DNA from: an uncultured Nitrospinaceae bacterium
Lineage (GTDB): Bacteria > UBA8248
DNA length: 64,000 nucleotides
NCBI GenBank assembly: GCA_964005815.1
Contig: CAXFSR010000017.1
Location: forward strand, 192,001 to 256,000
Reading direction: 5' to 3'
A program made the translations under genes and the position numbers. Numbering within the stretch: position 1 is the first letter of the stretch; the number at the start of each line of letters is the position of its first letter. This document shows, piece by piece, positions 1 to 9,989 of the stretch. Below the pieces are notes generated by a model, which worked only from the letters and a program-made list of their open reading frames with translations, searched no databases and had not been told where the DNA came from.

Positions 1-888
1 TCCAAGTGGTACAGGACCCCCTTCAGTTTCCATTCTACTCAACATATAAGCGTATGCGCCTGTTTCCTCTTTTTGGTCATGAACTATTACCTGACCAGAA
101 TCTGCAGAAACTGTTGTGCAATTATATCCATCAAAGGCTATACCCTTTCTATCTTCTTTCGGACCATAAAGAAGAGGTTGTCCATCTTCTAAATAAACGA
201 CGTTTTCTTCCTTAACACCTTTTTCCGTATATTGACTCCAGGCACCATCATTAAAAACAATACAATTTTGTAAAATTTCTACAAATGCGGTTCCTTCATG
301 CTCAGCGGCCGCTTTTAAAATAGAACCCATATGCTTTTGATCTCTATCTACAGTCCTTGCGATAAAAGTACATTCTGCACCAAGTGCTAATGTAAGTGGA
401 TGTAGAGGAGCATCGATGGAACCAACCGGCGTTGATTTTGTTTTAGAACCAATTAAAGAAGTAGGAGAATATTGCCCTTTGGTTAGACCATAAATACGAT
501 TATTAAACAGTAGAATCTTCACTCCAACATTTCTACGCATTGTATGTATTAAATGATTCCCTCCAATACTTAGAGCATCACCATCTCCAGAGATAACCCA
601 TACAGAAAGATCTGGCTGAGTAACCTTCATGCCAGTAGCAAATGAAGGAGCTCGACCATGTATAGTATGAAAACCATATGTATTCATATAATAAGGAAAC
701 CTTGCTGCACAGCCTATTCCACCTACAAATACAAAATTTTCTCTGGGAATTTCTAATTCCGGCAAAACCTTCTGCATCTGAGCTAAAATCGCATAATCAC
801 CACAACCAGGACACCATCTAACTACTTGATTAGATTGAAAATCTTTTCGTGTTAATCCTAATCCTTCTACCTCAACTTTTGCTTCCAA
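1..888 (-). CDS. 2-oxoacid:ferredoxin oxidoreductase beta subunit (TPP-binding), 3' end outside window
   Basis: Not in the ORF track. Manual translation from TTG at 888 gives MEAKVEVEGLGLTRKDFQSNQVVRWCPGCGDYAILAQ (WCPGCG motif), with GDGD further on; lies directly after the alpha subunit. Confidence 0.9.
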   Translation of the reverse strand, partial: MEAKVEVEGLGLTRKDFQSNQVVRWCPGCGDYAILAQMQKVLPELEIPRENFVFVGGIGCAARFPYYMNTYGFHTIHGRAPSFATGMKVTQPDLSVWVISGDGDALSIGGNHLIHTMRRNVGVKILLFNNRIYGLTKGQYSPTSLIGSKTKSTPVGSIDAPLHPLTLALGAECTFIARTVDRDQKHMGSILKAAAEHEGTAFVEILQNCIVFNDGAWSQYTEKGVKEENVVYLEDGQPLLYGPKEDRKGIAFDGYNCTTVSADSGQVIVHDQKEETGAYAYMLSRMETEGGPVPLG

Positions 889-889
889 T

Positions 890-2749
890 CTAGAGTATCT
901 CCTCTATCTTTGAGATCAATTCCGAAATTTTAAATGGTTTTCCTCTAACAAGATTTAGTCCTATAGTTTCTACGAGGAATTCATAACGAATCATTTTTGA
1001 TAACTGTCCCAAATTAATCTCAGGAACAAGAACTTTTTTGAAATTCTTTAAGATTTCTCCAAGATTTTTTGGGAAAGGATTTAAGTGTGTGAGATGAACA
1101 TGGGAAACAGAAGCTCCTCTTGCCTGTAAGATCTCAACTGCAGCTAAAATAGACCCGTATGTTCCTCCCCATCCTAGTACTAGAACATCACCACTATCCT
1201 TACCAAATACGTCTGCATCAGGAATATCATTAGCGATACCAGCAACTTTTTTTGCTCGTATTCTACACATCATGTCATGGTTATCAGGATCGTAACTAAT
1301 ATTTCCAGTGCCGTCTTGTTTTTCTATACCACCAATACGGTGTTCATAACCAGGTTTACCGGGCACAGCCCACGGTCTACTTAATAATTCTGGATCCCTG
1401 TCATATGACATAAACGATTCAGTTGGTCCTAATTCTCTAACAATATTCATTTCTGGAATTTCTTCAGATTTTGGGAGAAGCCAAGGTTCAGAACCATTGC
1501 CTAAATAACCATCACTTAAAAGAACTACCGGTGTCATATATTTTACAGCAATTCTAGATGCTTCAACTGCAGCCCAGAAACAATCCGAAGGAGTTTTTGC
1601 TGCTACTATAGGAATGGGACTCTCACTATTTCTACCAAACATACATTGCAATAGATCTGCCTGCTCAGTTTTTGTAGGCAAACCAGTACTAGGACCACCT
1701 CTTTGAATATTTACTATAACTAAAGGTAATTCTGTCATTACAGCAAGACCCATCGCTTCACCTTTCAAAGCAATTCCTGGGCCACTTGAGCAGGTCACTC
1801 CCAGAGAACCAGCAAAAGATGCACCTATCGCTGCAGAAACGGCAGCGATTTCATCTTCAGCCTGAAATGTATAGACCCCAAAATTTTTATGTCTAGAAAG
1901 CTCATGCAAAACATCACTTGCTGGAGTGATAGGATAAGCACCCCAAAATAATTTTAATCCAATTTTCTGAGTTGCAGCAATAAACCCATATGCCAAAGCA
2001 ACATTTCCTGAGATATTTCTATAAGTACCAGGAGGATAAGTTGCTTCACGTACAATGTAATTTGCTGCAAAAATTTCAGCATTTTCTCCAAAATAATAGC
2101 CTGCCTCTAGAGCCCTTGTATTTGCAGTAACAAACTCTTCGTTCTTAGAAAACTTTTCTTTAATCCATTCCTTTGTTGGTTCTAAGGGACGAGAATACAT
2201 CCAGTACATAAGACCAAGTGCAAAGAAATTCTTACATCTATCAGAAAGATTAGACTGGATTTCTACATCTTCTAAGGCTTTACGAGTCATTGATGTGATT
2301 TTAACTTCGTGAAGTTGGTATGCAGATTTTAAAGCATCATCTTCAAGTGGATTGGAATCATATTCTGCTTTCTCTAAATCTTTTTCATTAAAATTATCAA
2401 CATTAGCAATTATAACGCCGCCCTTTTTCAAATCATGTAGATTTGCTTTTAAAGCAGCTGGATTCATAGCAACAAGAACATCAACCGAATCTCCAGGGGT
2501 ATGAACTTCTTTACTACTAAAATTAACTTGGAATCCACTGACACCTGCCAAGGTACCAGCAGGAGCTCTAATTTCTGCGGGAAAATCAGGGAATGTACTT
2601 AAATCATTTCCAGCAATTGCGGCGGCGTTTGTGAATCGATCTCCAGTCAACTGCATACCGTCTCCAGAATCACCTGCAAAACGGATAGCAACAGTTTCTA
2701 GCTCAACTAACTCCTTGTTAGCACGACTCTCTGGAGATGAATCAGACAT
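890..2749 (-). CDS. 2-oxoacid:acceptor oxidoreductase alpha subunit (gamma-alpha fusion)
   Basis: RFAGDSGDGMQL, YPITP, QAEDEIAA, QRGGPSTGLPTK motifs. Confidence 0.95.
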   Translation of the reverse strand: MSDSSPESRANKELVELETVAIRFAGDSGDGMQLTGDRFTNAAAIAGNDLSTFPDFPAEIRAPAGTLAGVSGFQVNFSSKEVHTPGDSVDVLVAMNPAALKANLHDLKKGGVIIANVDNFNEKDLEKAEYDSNPLEDDALKSAYQLHEVKITSMTRKALEDVEIQSNLSDRCKNFFALGLMYWMYSRPLEPTKEWIKEKFSKNEEFVTANTRALEAGYYFGENAEIFAANYIVREATYPPGTYRNISGNVALAYGFIAATQKIGLKLFWGAYPITPASDVLHELSRHKNFGVYTFQAEDEIAAVSAAIGASFAGSLGVTCSSGPGIALKGEAMGLAVMTELPLVIVNIQRGGPSTGLPTKTEQADLLQCMFGRNSESPIPIVAAKTPSDCFWAAVEASRIAVKYMTPVVLLSDGYLGNGSEPWLLPKSEEIPEMNIVRELGPTESFMSYDRDPELLSRPWAVPGKPGYEHRIGGIEKQDGTGNISYDPDNHDMMCRIRAKKVAGIANDIPDADVFGKDSGDVLVLGWGGTYGSILAAVEILQARGASVSHVHLTHLNPFPKNLGEILKNFKKVLVPEINLGQLSKMIRYEFLVETIGLNLVRGKPFKISELISKIEEIL

Positions 2750-3019
2750 CTAAAATTGACCCTTAATAAAAAACATTTAAATAATTAAAAATCAAATAAA
2801 AAGAATAGCAACTCGCAAATTATTACGAAATAGAACTTACTCGTCAAATAAATTTTTAAATTTAAATAATTAAAATACATTTCCTGTTTTTAAGAGGATA
2901 TTATTTTAAAAGAAAAATATATAATGAAAGAAATCTGTTGTGTAAAACTCAACGAATATGATATTAATCGAATCTCATTTAAATAAAAATTTACAAATCA
3001 AACTCACGGAGATTTAAGC

Positions 3020-4249
3020 ATGCTTTATAATAAAAGTAGAGCGCTATCATTAATGCAAGAAAACAATCTCGAAGCAATTATTGCAACTACACATGAAAAT
3101 GTTACATATCTAACTGGTCACGTTGGCTGGGCTCAAAGAGTTTATAGACAAAGAAAAAGTTGTGCGTTGCTTACGAACAATCCTGATGCAGGAACTGACC
3201 TAATTATGAATAGAGCAGACAACACATACTATGCAGCTTATGGTGGTTACGCAGAAAATGTTTATAGTTACGGTGGGCAAGCCTATCACATAGGTCAGGA
3301 TAATTACGAAACTGAAAATATTGAATTTGAAAAATACTTACAACTACACAATAGCGGTGGAGAAAACCCTACTCTTCTTGAAGCACTGGTAAAAGCACTA
3401 AAAAATAGAGACATAACGTCAGGGAACATCGCTTTGGATGAAGAAGGATGCTCTGAAAGTTTATTTTCCGCATTAGAGAATGAATTTCCAAATTGCAATT
3501 TTTTTCCTGCATCAGGATTATTTCTAATGATTCGACTAGTAAAAACAAATGAAGAACTTGAAATTTTAAGAGATGCTGCTTCTATTAATGAAAATGCCAT
3601 ACAGCAGGTTTTTAATTTTGTAAAAGAAGGAGTCTCGGAAAATGAAGTAGCAGAAATTTGGAGACAAGCAGTCGCAAAACCTGGTGGAATGTGGCATTGG
3701 TTCCATTTTAACAGTGGCCATAGGAGTGTTTTTATCTTTCCACCAACTGAAAAGAAATTACAAAAAGGCGATTTGTTTATGTTTGATGCAGGATTATTTT
3801 ACAAAAACTATAATGCAGATACGGGCAGTTGTGGTTGTATTGGAGAACCAACAGATCGAATCAAAAAAGAATGGTCTGCTATTCAAGATGGGTTCCTTCA
3901 ATCATTGGAAGTCGTAAAAGCAGGATGCACTGGAGGACAAATATATAAAGCATTAATTTCGGGTATTAAATCAAAATTTCCTGAATTTGATGCTCCATTT
4001 GCAGGACATACGATTGGATTAGAAGCACGAGAGTTTCCCTTTATTTTAGGTGAGGAAACAAAACATAATCAAAAATTTCTTCCAAGTACTTCAGAAATTC
4101 CTTTGCCTGTAAATTCCGTAATTAACATTGAGGCTCCGATAGGAACTTTTGGATTTGGAGGATACCAAATAGAGTATTCAGTTATAGTTAAAGAAAATGG
4201 TTGGGAACCTCTCATAGAACAAAAAAGAGAACTTAAAATAATAGAATAA
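3020..4249 (+). CDS. M24 family (Xaa-Pro peptidase/creatinase-like) metallohydrolase
   Basis: Creatinase-N-like start, RLVKTNEEL, candidate metal ligands D (FDAG), D (YNADT), H (GHTIGL), E (NIEAP), E (QIEY). Confidence 0.85.
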   Translation: MLYNKSRALSLMQENNLEAIIATTHENVTYLTGHVGWAQRVYRQRKSCALLTNNPDAGTDLIMNRADNTYYAAYGGYAENVYSYGGQAYHIGQDNYETENIEFEKYLQLHNSGGENPTLLEALVKALKNRDITSGNIALDEEGCSESLFSALENEFPNCNFFPASGLFLMIRLVKTNEELEILRDAASINENAIQQVFNFVKEGVSENEVAEIWRQAVAKPGGMWHWFHFNSGHRSVFIFPPTEKKLQKGDLFMFDAGLFYKNYNADTGSCGCIGEPTDRIKKEWSAIQDGFLQSLEVVKAGCTGGQIYKALISGIKSKFPEFDAPFAGHTIGLEAREFPFILGEETKHNQKFLPSTSEIPLPVNSVINIEAPIGTFGFGGYQIEYSVIVKENGWEPLIEQKRELKIIE

Positions 4250-4387
4250 AAAAACACTCTTTTTTAAACAGAAAACTATTTACACTTTATACAGTTTTTT
4301 TGAGTTCTTCTTTATGTTATAAATATTTCCGTTGTAGAGGAAAAAAGTTTTATTTAAAGTAGCGAAAAATAATTCTAAGAGGTCCAG

Positions 4388-5908
4388 ATGTCTAAATATG
4401 CAATGGCAATTGATTTAAGAGCATGTATTGGCTGTCATGCCTGTACTATAGCCTGTAAATCAGAACACGACATTCCAATAGGTACTTGGCGTTGTTGGGT
4501 GAAAGAGGTAGAGAAAGGCACATTCCCAAATACGAGACGAGAGTTTCTTCCTGTTCTCTGCAATCAATGCGATGACGCCCCTTGTCAAAATATTTGTCCA
4601 ACAAAAGCACTCTTCAGAAGGAATGATGGAATTGTAGATTTGGATCCAGAATGGTGCATAGGATGTAAATCATGTATAGCAGCATGTCCTTATGATCAAA
4701 TATTCATAGACCCAAATACAAGTACTGCCGAAAAATGTAATTTTTGTTCCAACCGACTGGAAGCAGATTTGGAACCTGCGTGTGTTGTTGTTTGTCCAAC
4801 AGAGTGTAGAGTCTTTGGTGATTTAGAAGACCCAGATGCTAAAATCAATAAATTATTAACACATGAACCACATAATGTAAGAAAACCTGAATACAACACT
4901 TCTCCAAATATTTATTATGTAAATGGAAGTCAACAACTTCTAGATCCAACAAAACCAATGCAATCTGGAATTTACAAACAAGGAGAAATGAGCGAAGAAT
5001 TGAAACAATCTGTTCCCGAATTTAAGAATGATCCTCAAGAAAGTCGAACAGTTTATGACACTTTCCATAATATTCCTTGGGACAAGAATATTATTACATA
5101 TTTAATGACTAAGGGTGCTAGTACAGGCTTACTAATTTTAAGTCTCTTTCTTTGGTGGGTTGGTTTCAAGAGTAGTTTATTCTCTTTCTGGATGCCTATA
5201 CTTAGTGGAGTTCTCCTAACTATCACAGGTTATGTACTTATTACGGATTTAAAAAAACCAGAACGTTTTTATTATATTTTACTTCGTTCAAATTGGAATA
5301 GTTGGATGGCATGGGGAACTTGGTTCATTACGTTAAAAGGAATATTTATTTTACTATGGTTACTAGGAGCAATGGCTGGAAATGATGGATTTTTGGACTT
5401 CATTCTTTGGCCTACTATCTTACTTTCTTTTCTTTCTTCTATTTATACTGGATTCTTCTTCGCCCAAGCTAGCGCTAGAGACCTCTGGAAAGGAAGTGAA
5501 AATACGATAGATATCGGAGTTTTATCGATTCTTAAAGGAGCATCAATTTTAGCTTTTTTCGTAATAATTTTTCCAGTCGCGGACAAAACTAACATACTGA
5601 ACACACTTGGAAACGTAATAACAGTATGTACCCTTCTTCATTTTTCAATTTTAATGTTCTCAATACTTTTACATAGATTCGGCTCTGTTGCACATGAGAG
5701 ATCCATCGAGTTAATACTTAAAGGACCTTTCAAAAAGGAATTTTGGAATGGGGCAATTATTGCCGGGTGTGCGGTTCCTATGTTTATTTTCTGGTGGATT
5801 GGATATAACTATTTTACTTTCTTAGTTGCTAGTACGCTTATAGTACTAGGTTCCTACTACTGGGATAAAATATGGGTACAAGCTGGGCAGAAAGTACCAT
5901 TGTCTTAA
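4388..5908 (+). CDS. Fused four-cluster 4Fe-4S protein (DmsB/NrfC/PsrB-like) and NrfD/PsrC-type membrane anchor
   Basis: CIGCHACTIAC, CNQCDDAPCQNICP, CIGCKSCIAACP, KCNFC..PACVVVCP; C-terminal hydrophobic helices with PW...YL and DLKKPERF...NSWMAWG NrfD motifs. Confidence 0.9.
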   Translation: MSKYAMAIDLRACIGCHACTIACKSEHDIPIGTWRCWVKEVEKGTFPNTRREFLPVLCNQCDDAPCQNICPTKALFRRNDGIVDLDPEWCIGCKSCIAACPYDQIFIDPNTSTAEKCNFCSNRLEADLEPACVVVCPTECRVFGDLEDPDAKINKLLTHEPHNVRKPEYNTSPNIYYVNGSQQLLDPTKPMQSGIYKQGEMSEELKQSVPEFKNDPQESRTVYDTFHNIPWDKNIITYLMTKGASTGLLILSLFLWWVGFKSSLFSFWMPILSGVLLTITGYVLITDLKKPERFYYILLRSNWNSWMAWGTWFITLKGIFILLWLLGAMAGNDGFLDFILWPTILLSFLSSIYTGFFFAQASARDLWKGSENTIDIGVLSILKGASILAFFVIIFPVADKTNILNTLGNVITVCTLLHFSILMFSILLHRFGSVAHERSIELILKGPFKKEFWNGAIIAGCAVPMFIFWWIGYNYFTFLVASTLIVLGSYYWDKIWVQAGQKVPLS

Positions 5909-5924
5909 TTTTCAAGGAGAAGAA

Positions 5925-8798
5925 ATGGTTTCAAAACATTTACAATCTGGAGTTGGGGCACATAATATTTCTTCGTTGGGATATCCTGAACTTTTAGAAA
6001 CTTCGAAAACAACCTCAGATTCAGATAAAACACATACTGTAAAAAAGAATGGGAAATTAAGATCCTACCCACCACCTGAAGAATGGGACAACTGGACTGA
6101 GTTTGAAAGTGGAACTTGGCCCGAAAAAACACAAAGAAATTATTCTCTTATTCCTACTCTTTGCTTCAACTGTGAAGCAGGTTGTGGTCTTCTGGCTTAT
6201 GTTGATAAAGACGATATGAAAATCAGGAAAATAGAGGGAAACCCTCTTCATCCTGGTTCTAGAGGAAGAAACTGTGCAAAAGGATGGGTAACACTGAATC
6301 AAGTAAATGACCCAGATAGAATCCTTTATCCACTCAAGAGAGTCGGCAAAAGAGGAGAAGGAGAATGGGAAAGAGTAAGTTGGGACGAAGTACTAGATGA
6401 TCTTTCAGCAAGAATCAGAAAATCTATTGAAGAAGAAAGACGTAACGAAATTATATATCATGTGGGAAGACCTGGTGAAGATGGTTTTATGTTTAGAACT
6501 CTCGCAAGTTGGGGTGTCGATGGGCATAATAGTCATACAAATGTTTGTAGTTCCTCTGCAAGAATTGGCCAGTACCTTTGGAATGGTTCAGATCGTCCAT
6601 CACCAGATTTTTCCAACGCAGAAGCAATTCTTTTAATAAGCAGTCATTTAGATACAGGCCACTACTTTAACCCTTCAGCTCAGCGCATTATTGAAGCTCA
6701 ATTAAACGGTGCTAAAATCATTGTAATAGACCCGAGACTTTCAAATACTGCGGCTAAAGCAGACTACTGGCTTCCTGCGTATAGCGGAACAGAACCTGCA
6801 ATCTTACTTGCTATTGTTCGCTACTTGTTAGAAACCGGACAATTTGACGAAAAATTTGTTGAAGAATGGTTTAACTGGGCCGAATATTTGAGTTCTGTTC
6901 ATCCTCAAGATGAAATTACTTTTGACAATTTCATTGTTAGGCTAAAAGAAGAATATGCTGAATTCACTTTTGAATATGCATCTGAGGAAACAGGTGTTTC
7001 AATAGAACAAATAGCAGAAGTTGCTCAGGTGATTGCTAGAGCAGGTAGTCGACTATGTGTTCACGTATGGAGAGCAGCAGCTACAGGCAATTTGAATGGA
7101 TGGCAAGTTGCAAGATGCCTACATTTTATTCCATCTTTGACTGGCGCAATAGGTACTGTCGGAGGAACACATTTAGCAAGTTGGCATAAATTCGTTCCTT
7201 CTCATCCAAATCCTGCACCCGGCCCCAAAGACTGGAACGAATTACTTTACCCTACAGAATATCCACTAGCTCATTTTGAAATGAGTTTCTTAATGCCACA
7301 CCTGATGAAAGACAAAGGACATAAAATAGACACATATTTTACCCGTGTTTATAACCCTGTATGGACGAATCCAGACGGTTTTATGTGGGTAGATATGCTA
7401 AGAGATGAAAATAAAATCGGTTGTCACGTCGCACTTACTCCCACTTGGAGTGAGACTGCGTGGTTTGCTGATTACATCTTACCGATGGGAGTTGCTACAG
7501 AAAGACATGACAATCAGAGTCAAGAAACTCATCCAGCGAAATGGTTTGGATTCAGGCAACCTGTTCTCCGTGTCGCTAGAGAAAAACTAGGTGAAACTGT
7601 TGAAACGACTAGAGAAACAAACCCGGGTGAAGTGTGGGAAGAAAATGAATTTTTAATAGAACTTTCTTGGAGAATTGACCCTGATGGTTCATTAGGAATC
7701 AGAAAATATTTCGAAAGTCCATATAGAAATGGAGAGAAAATTACAGTTAACGAGTATTATCAATGGATGTTCGAAAATGGAGTACCTGGACTTCCAGAAG
7801 CGTCCGAAAAAGAGGGCCTTTCTCCATTAGAATATATGAGAAAATATGGAACTTTCACCGTGGAAGATAATGTCTATGAAGTACACATGAAAGAACTTCC
7901 CGAGGATGACCTTAACAGTGCAGATATTACTGAACTAGATGGAACTATTAATGATAATGGAAAAACTATTGGGAATATGAGTAAAGGAAAAGCTCGAATT
8001 GGCTTCAATACTCCATCAAAAAAATTAGAATTTTACAGCGCGACTATGACTGATTGGAACTGGCCAGAACATGCAATTCCTTCCTACAAAAAAACACATG
8101 TTTACTGGAGAGACATGGATAAGAGTGAAAATGAATTTGATTTACTACCTAATTATAGACTACCAACTTTGATACATACTAGATCTGCAGTGAAATGGTT
8201 ATACGAAATTACTCACAATAATCCTCTCTGGATACATACCGAAGATGCAAATCGTATGGGCATCAAAACAGACGACTTAGTCAAGGTAGAAACTGAAATA
8301 GGTTATTTCGTAACACGTTGCTGGGTAACAGAAGGTTTGAAGCCAGGAATAGTTGCAATGGCTCACCACCTAGGACGTTGGAGATTAAATGAAAATATCG
8401 GGGCACCTAAAATTGCTTCTGCTTTAGTTGAAATAGAAGAACAGGACAGTGAATTTACTATGAATCAAATTCACGGGGTTCAACCATTTAAAAGTGATGA
8501 CCCAGATACCGAAAGAATATGGTGGAAAGAAATAGGAGTAAATCAAAACTTAACTTTTCCTGTAAATCCTGATCCTATTAGTGGTATGCACTGTTGGCAT
8601 CAAAAAGTAAAATTAACCAAAGCGACTTCTTCAGAAAGTTATGGAGATATTAAAGTAGATACAGAAAAAAGTTTTGCACACTACAAAAAATGGCTAGAAA
8701 TGGCTAGACCTGCTCCAGGACCAGATGGTCTAAGAAGACCTCTCTGGTTTTTAAGACCAAATAAACCACAAGCAGATGCTTATTTGCTAGAGGAGTAA
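5925..8798 (+). CDS. Bis-MGD molybdopterin oxidoreductase catalytic subunit (DMSO reductase family), substrate unknown
   Basis: CFNCEAGC...NCAKG Fe-S motif, DRILYPLKRVG, HTNVCSS (putative Cys Mo ligand), IDPRLSNTAAKAD, ADYILP; no twin-arginine motif. Confidence 0.9.
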   Translation: MVSKHLQSGVGAHNISSLGYPELLETSKTTSDSDKTHTVKKNGKLRSYPPPEEWDNWTEFESGTWPEKTQRNYSLIPTLCFNCEAGCGLLAYVDKDDMKIRKIEGNPLHPGSRGRNCAKGWVTLNQVNDPDRILYPLKRVGKRGEGEWERVSWDEVLDDLSARIRKSIEEERRNEIIYHVGRPGEDGFMFRTLASWGVDGHNSHTNVCSSSARIGQYLWNGSDRPSPDFSNAEAILLISSHLDTGHYFNPSAQRIIEAQLNGAKIIVIDPRLSNTAAKADYWLPAYSGTEPAILLAIVRYLLETGQFDEKFVEEWFNWAEYLSSVHPQDEITFDNFIVRLKEEYAEFTFEYASEETGVSIEQIAEVAQVIARAGSRLCVHVWRAAATGNLNGWQVARCLHFIPSLTGAIGTVGGTHLASWHKFVPSHPNPAPGPKDWNELLYPTEYPLAHFEMSFLMPHLMKDKGHKIDTYFTRVYNPVWTNPDGFMWVDMLRDENKIGCHVALTPTWSETAWFADYILPMGVATERHDNQSQETHPAKWFGFRQPVLRVAREKLGETVETTRETNPGEVWEENEFLIELSWRIDPDGSLGIRKYFESPYRNGEKITVNEYYQWMFENGVPGLPEASEKEGLSPLEYMRKYGTFTVEDNVYEVHMKELPEDDLNSADITELDGTINDNGKTIGNMSKGKARIGFNTPSKKLEFYSATMTDWNWPEHAIPSYKKTHVYWRDMDKSENEFDLLPNYRLPTLIHTRSAVKWLYEITHNNPLWIHTEDANRMGIKTDDLVKVETEIGYFVTRCWVTEGLKPGIVAMAHHLGRWRLNENIGAPKIASALVEIEEQDSEFTMNQIHGVQPFKSDDPDTERIWWKEIGVNQNLTFPVNPDPISGMHCWHQKVKLTKATSSESYGDIKVDTEKSFAHYKKWLEMARPAPGPDGLRRPLWFLRPNKPQADAYLLEE

Positions 8799-8802
8799 GA
8801 AA

Positions 8803-9444
8803 ATTTGGCCTAGACGTTCTAAAAACCTAGAGGAACTAAATCAGCAGTCTAAATTAAGAGAAGAATTATATAGAGTCATGTCTATAACTTTTCTAGATCC
8901 TCCGGAAAAAAAGTTATTACACTTCTTGAATGAAAATTATCCATTCCTTTTTGAAGAAAATGGAAATCCTTTAGGTGACTTAGTTAAAGATCTAAGAGTA
9001 GATTTCACGAATCTATTTGTCTTGTCCTCTCCACCATATGAATCTGTTTTATTGGATGAAAGTGGTTTTTTGAATTCAAAAGTGACTGACAACGTGAATG
9101 ATTTTTTTAGACATTCTGGATTTAACCCTAGTTCAAAAAATATAGGACAGAAATTTCATAGTATACTATCAATGGACCATATTAGCGTAGAATTAGAATT
9201 TATGTCTCACCTCGCAAAAAATCAACATAAAGACCTCATCAATAAAAATGAACAAGAATATTACAAATCATTAGATTTATCGTCAAAATTTCTAGATAAT
9301 CACTTATTAAGATGGGTCCCTATTTATTTAACAGCTATAGAAAGGGATTCTAAAACTTTTTTTTACAAAGAATTGTGCAAGTGGGCTCAAAACTACATTT
9401 TAGATGACAGAAAATATATCGAAGAAATAACTAAAAGAAATTAA
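8803..9444 (+). CDS. TorD/DmsD family redox enzyme maturation chaperone (start uncertain; first ATG at 8878)
   Basis: PPYES, DHISVELEFM, FLDNHLLRW motifs; frame stays open upstream of ATG 8878 with a TorD-like REELYRVMS helix. Confidence 0.85.
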   Translation: MWPRRSKNLEELNQQSKLREELYRVMSITFLDPPEKKLLHFLNENYPFLFEENGNPLGDLVKDLRVDFTNLFVLSSPPYESVLLDESGFLNSKVTDNVNDFFRHSGFNPSSKNIGQKFHSILSMDHISVELEFMSHLAKNQHKDLINKNEQEYYKSLDLSSKFLDNHLLRWVPIYLTAIERDSKTFFYKELCKWAQNYILDDRKYIEEITKRN

Positions 9445-9469
9445 GATCTATACCCCTATATATAATTTT

Positions 9470-9844
9470 TTATTGTTCCTGAGACCACTTCTGTGACTTA
9501 GTAAGATAACTTCTCAACTCATGCAGATCTTTAGTCCATTTTTCCCAACTTCCTTTTGAAACCTTACAATTTTTAGAGAAAAAACCGTATTTTTCTAACC
9601 AGAATTTTGCGTCTGAATCTAGAATTTTCAATAATTCGAAAATTTTATTTTCTGAACCAGCCTCTCTAAAAAGATTTTCAAGCATTCTTTTTCGTGTCTG
9701 AATTCCCGTTCTTAAGCCCATCTCTAAACCAATCTCTCTAATCCTATTTCTTGTCAAGAAAAAACCACATCTAGTTGGCGCTATCAACAATTCAACAAGG
9801 TCATGCAGATTTCCTTTAGTAAAAGTTTCTGAGATATCTGACAA
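9470..9844 (-). CDS. Hypothetical protein, possibly molybdoenzyme-associated
   Basis: ORF 9470..9922; likely start TTG 9844 preceded by AAGGGAG; fills the gap between torD-like and trmJ-like genes. Confidence 0.6.
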   Translation of the reverse strand: MSDISETFTKGNLHDLVELLIAPTRCGFFLTRNRIREIGLEMGLRTGIQTRKRMLENLFREAGSENKIFELLKILDSDAKFWLEKYGFFSKNCKVSKGSWEKWTKDLHELRSYLTKSQKWSQEQ

Positions 9845-9989
9845 AAAACTCCCTTTCAGAAGATGAAAAGATTTTTCCAAATAGACAAACAAATAAGAAA
9901 ATACCATAGAAACTAAAAGCAAAAAAATCTATTTTCATAAAAAAGAATTTATGGTTGGTTATTCGCATAACACATGTTATTTTTTGTCA

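Noticed and set aside
6..215. 69-aa plus-strand ORF
   Set aside because: Antisense to the oxidoreductase beta subunit, which the track missed because it runs off the window edge.
5925..8798. Calling the Mo subunit formate dehydrogenase, nitrate reductase or arsenate reductase
   Set aside because: No FDH-type (C/U)H active-site motif and no Tat signal; substrate cannot be assigned without phylogeny.
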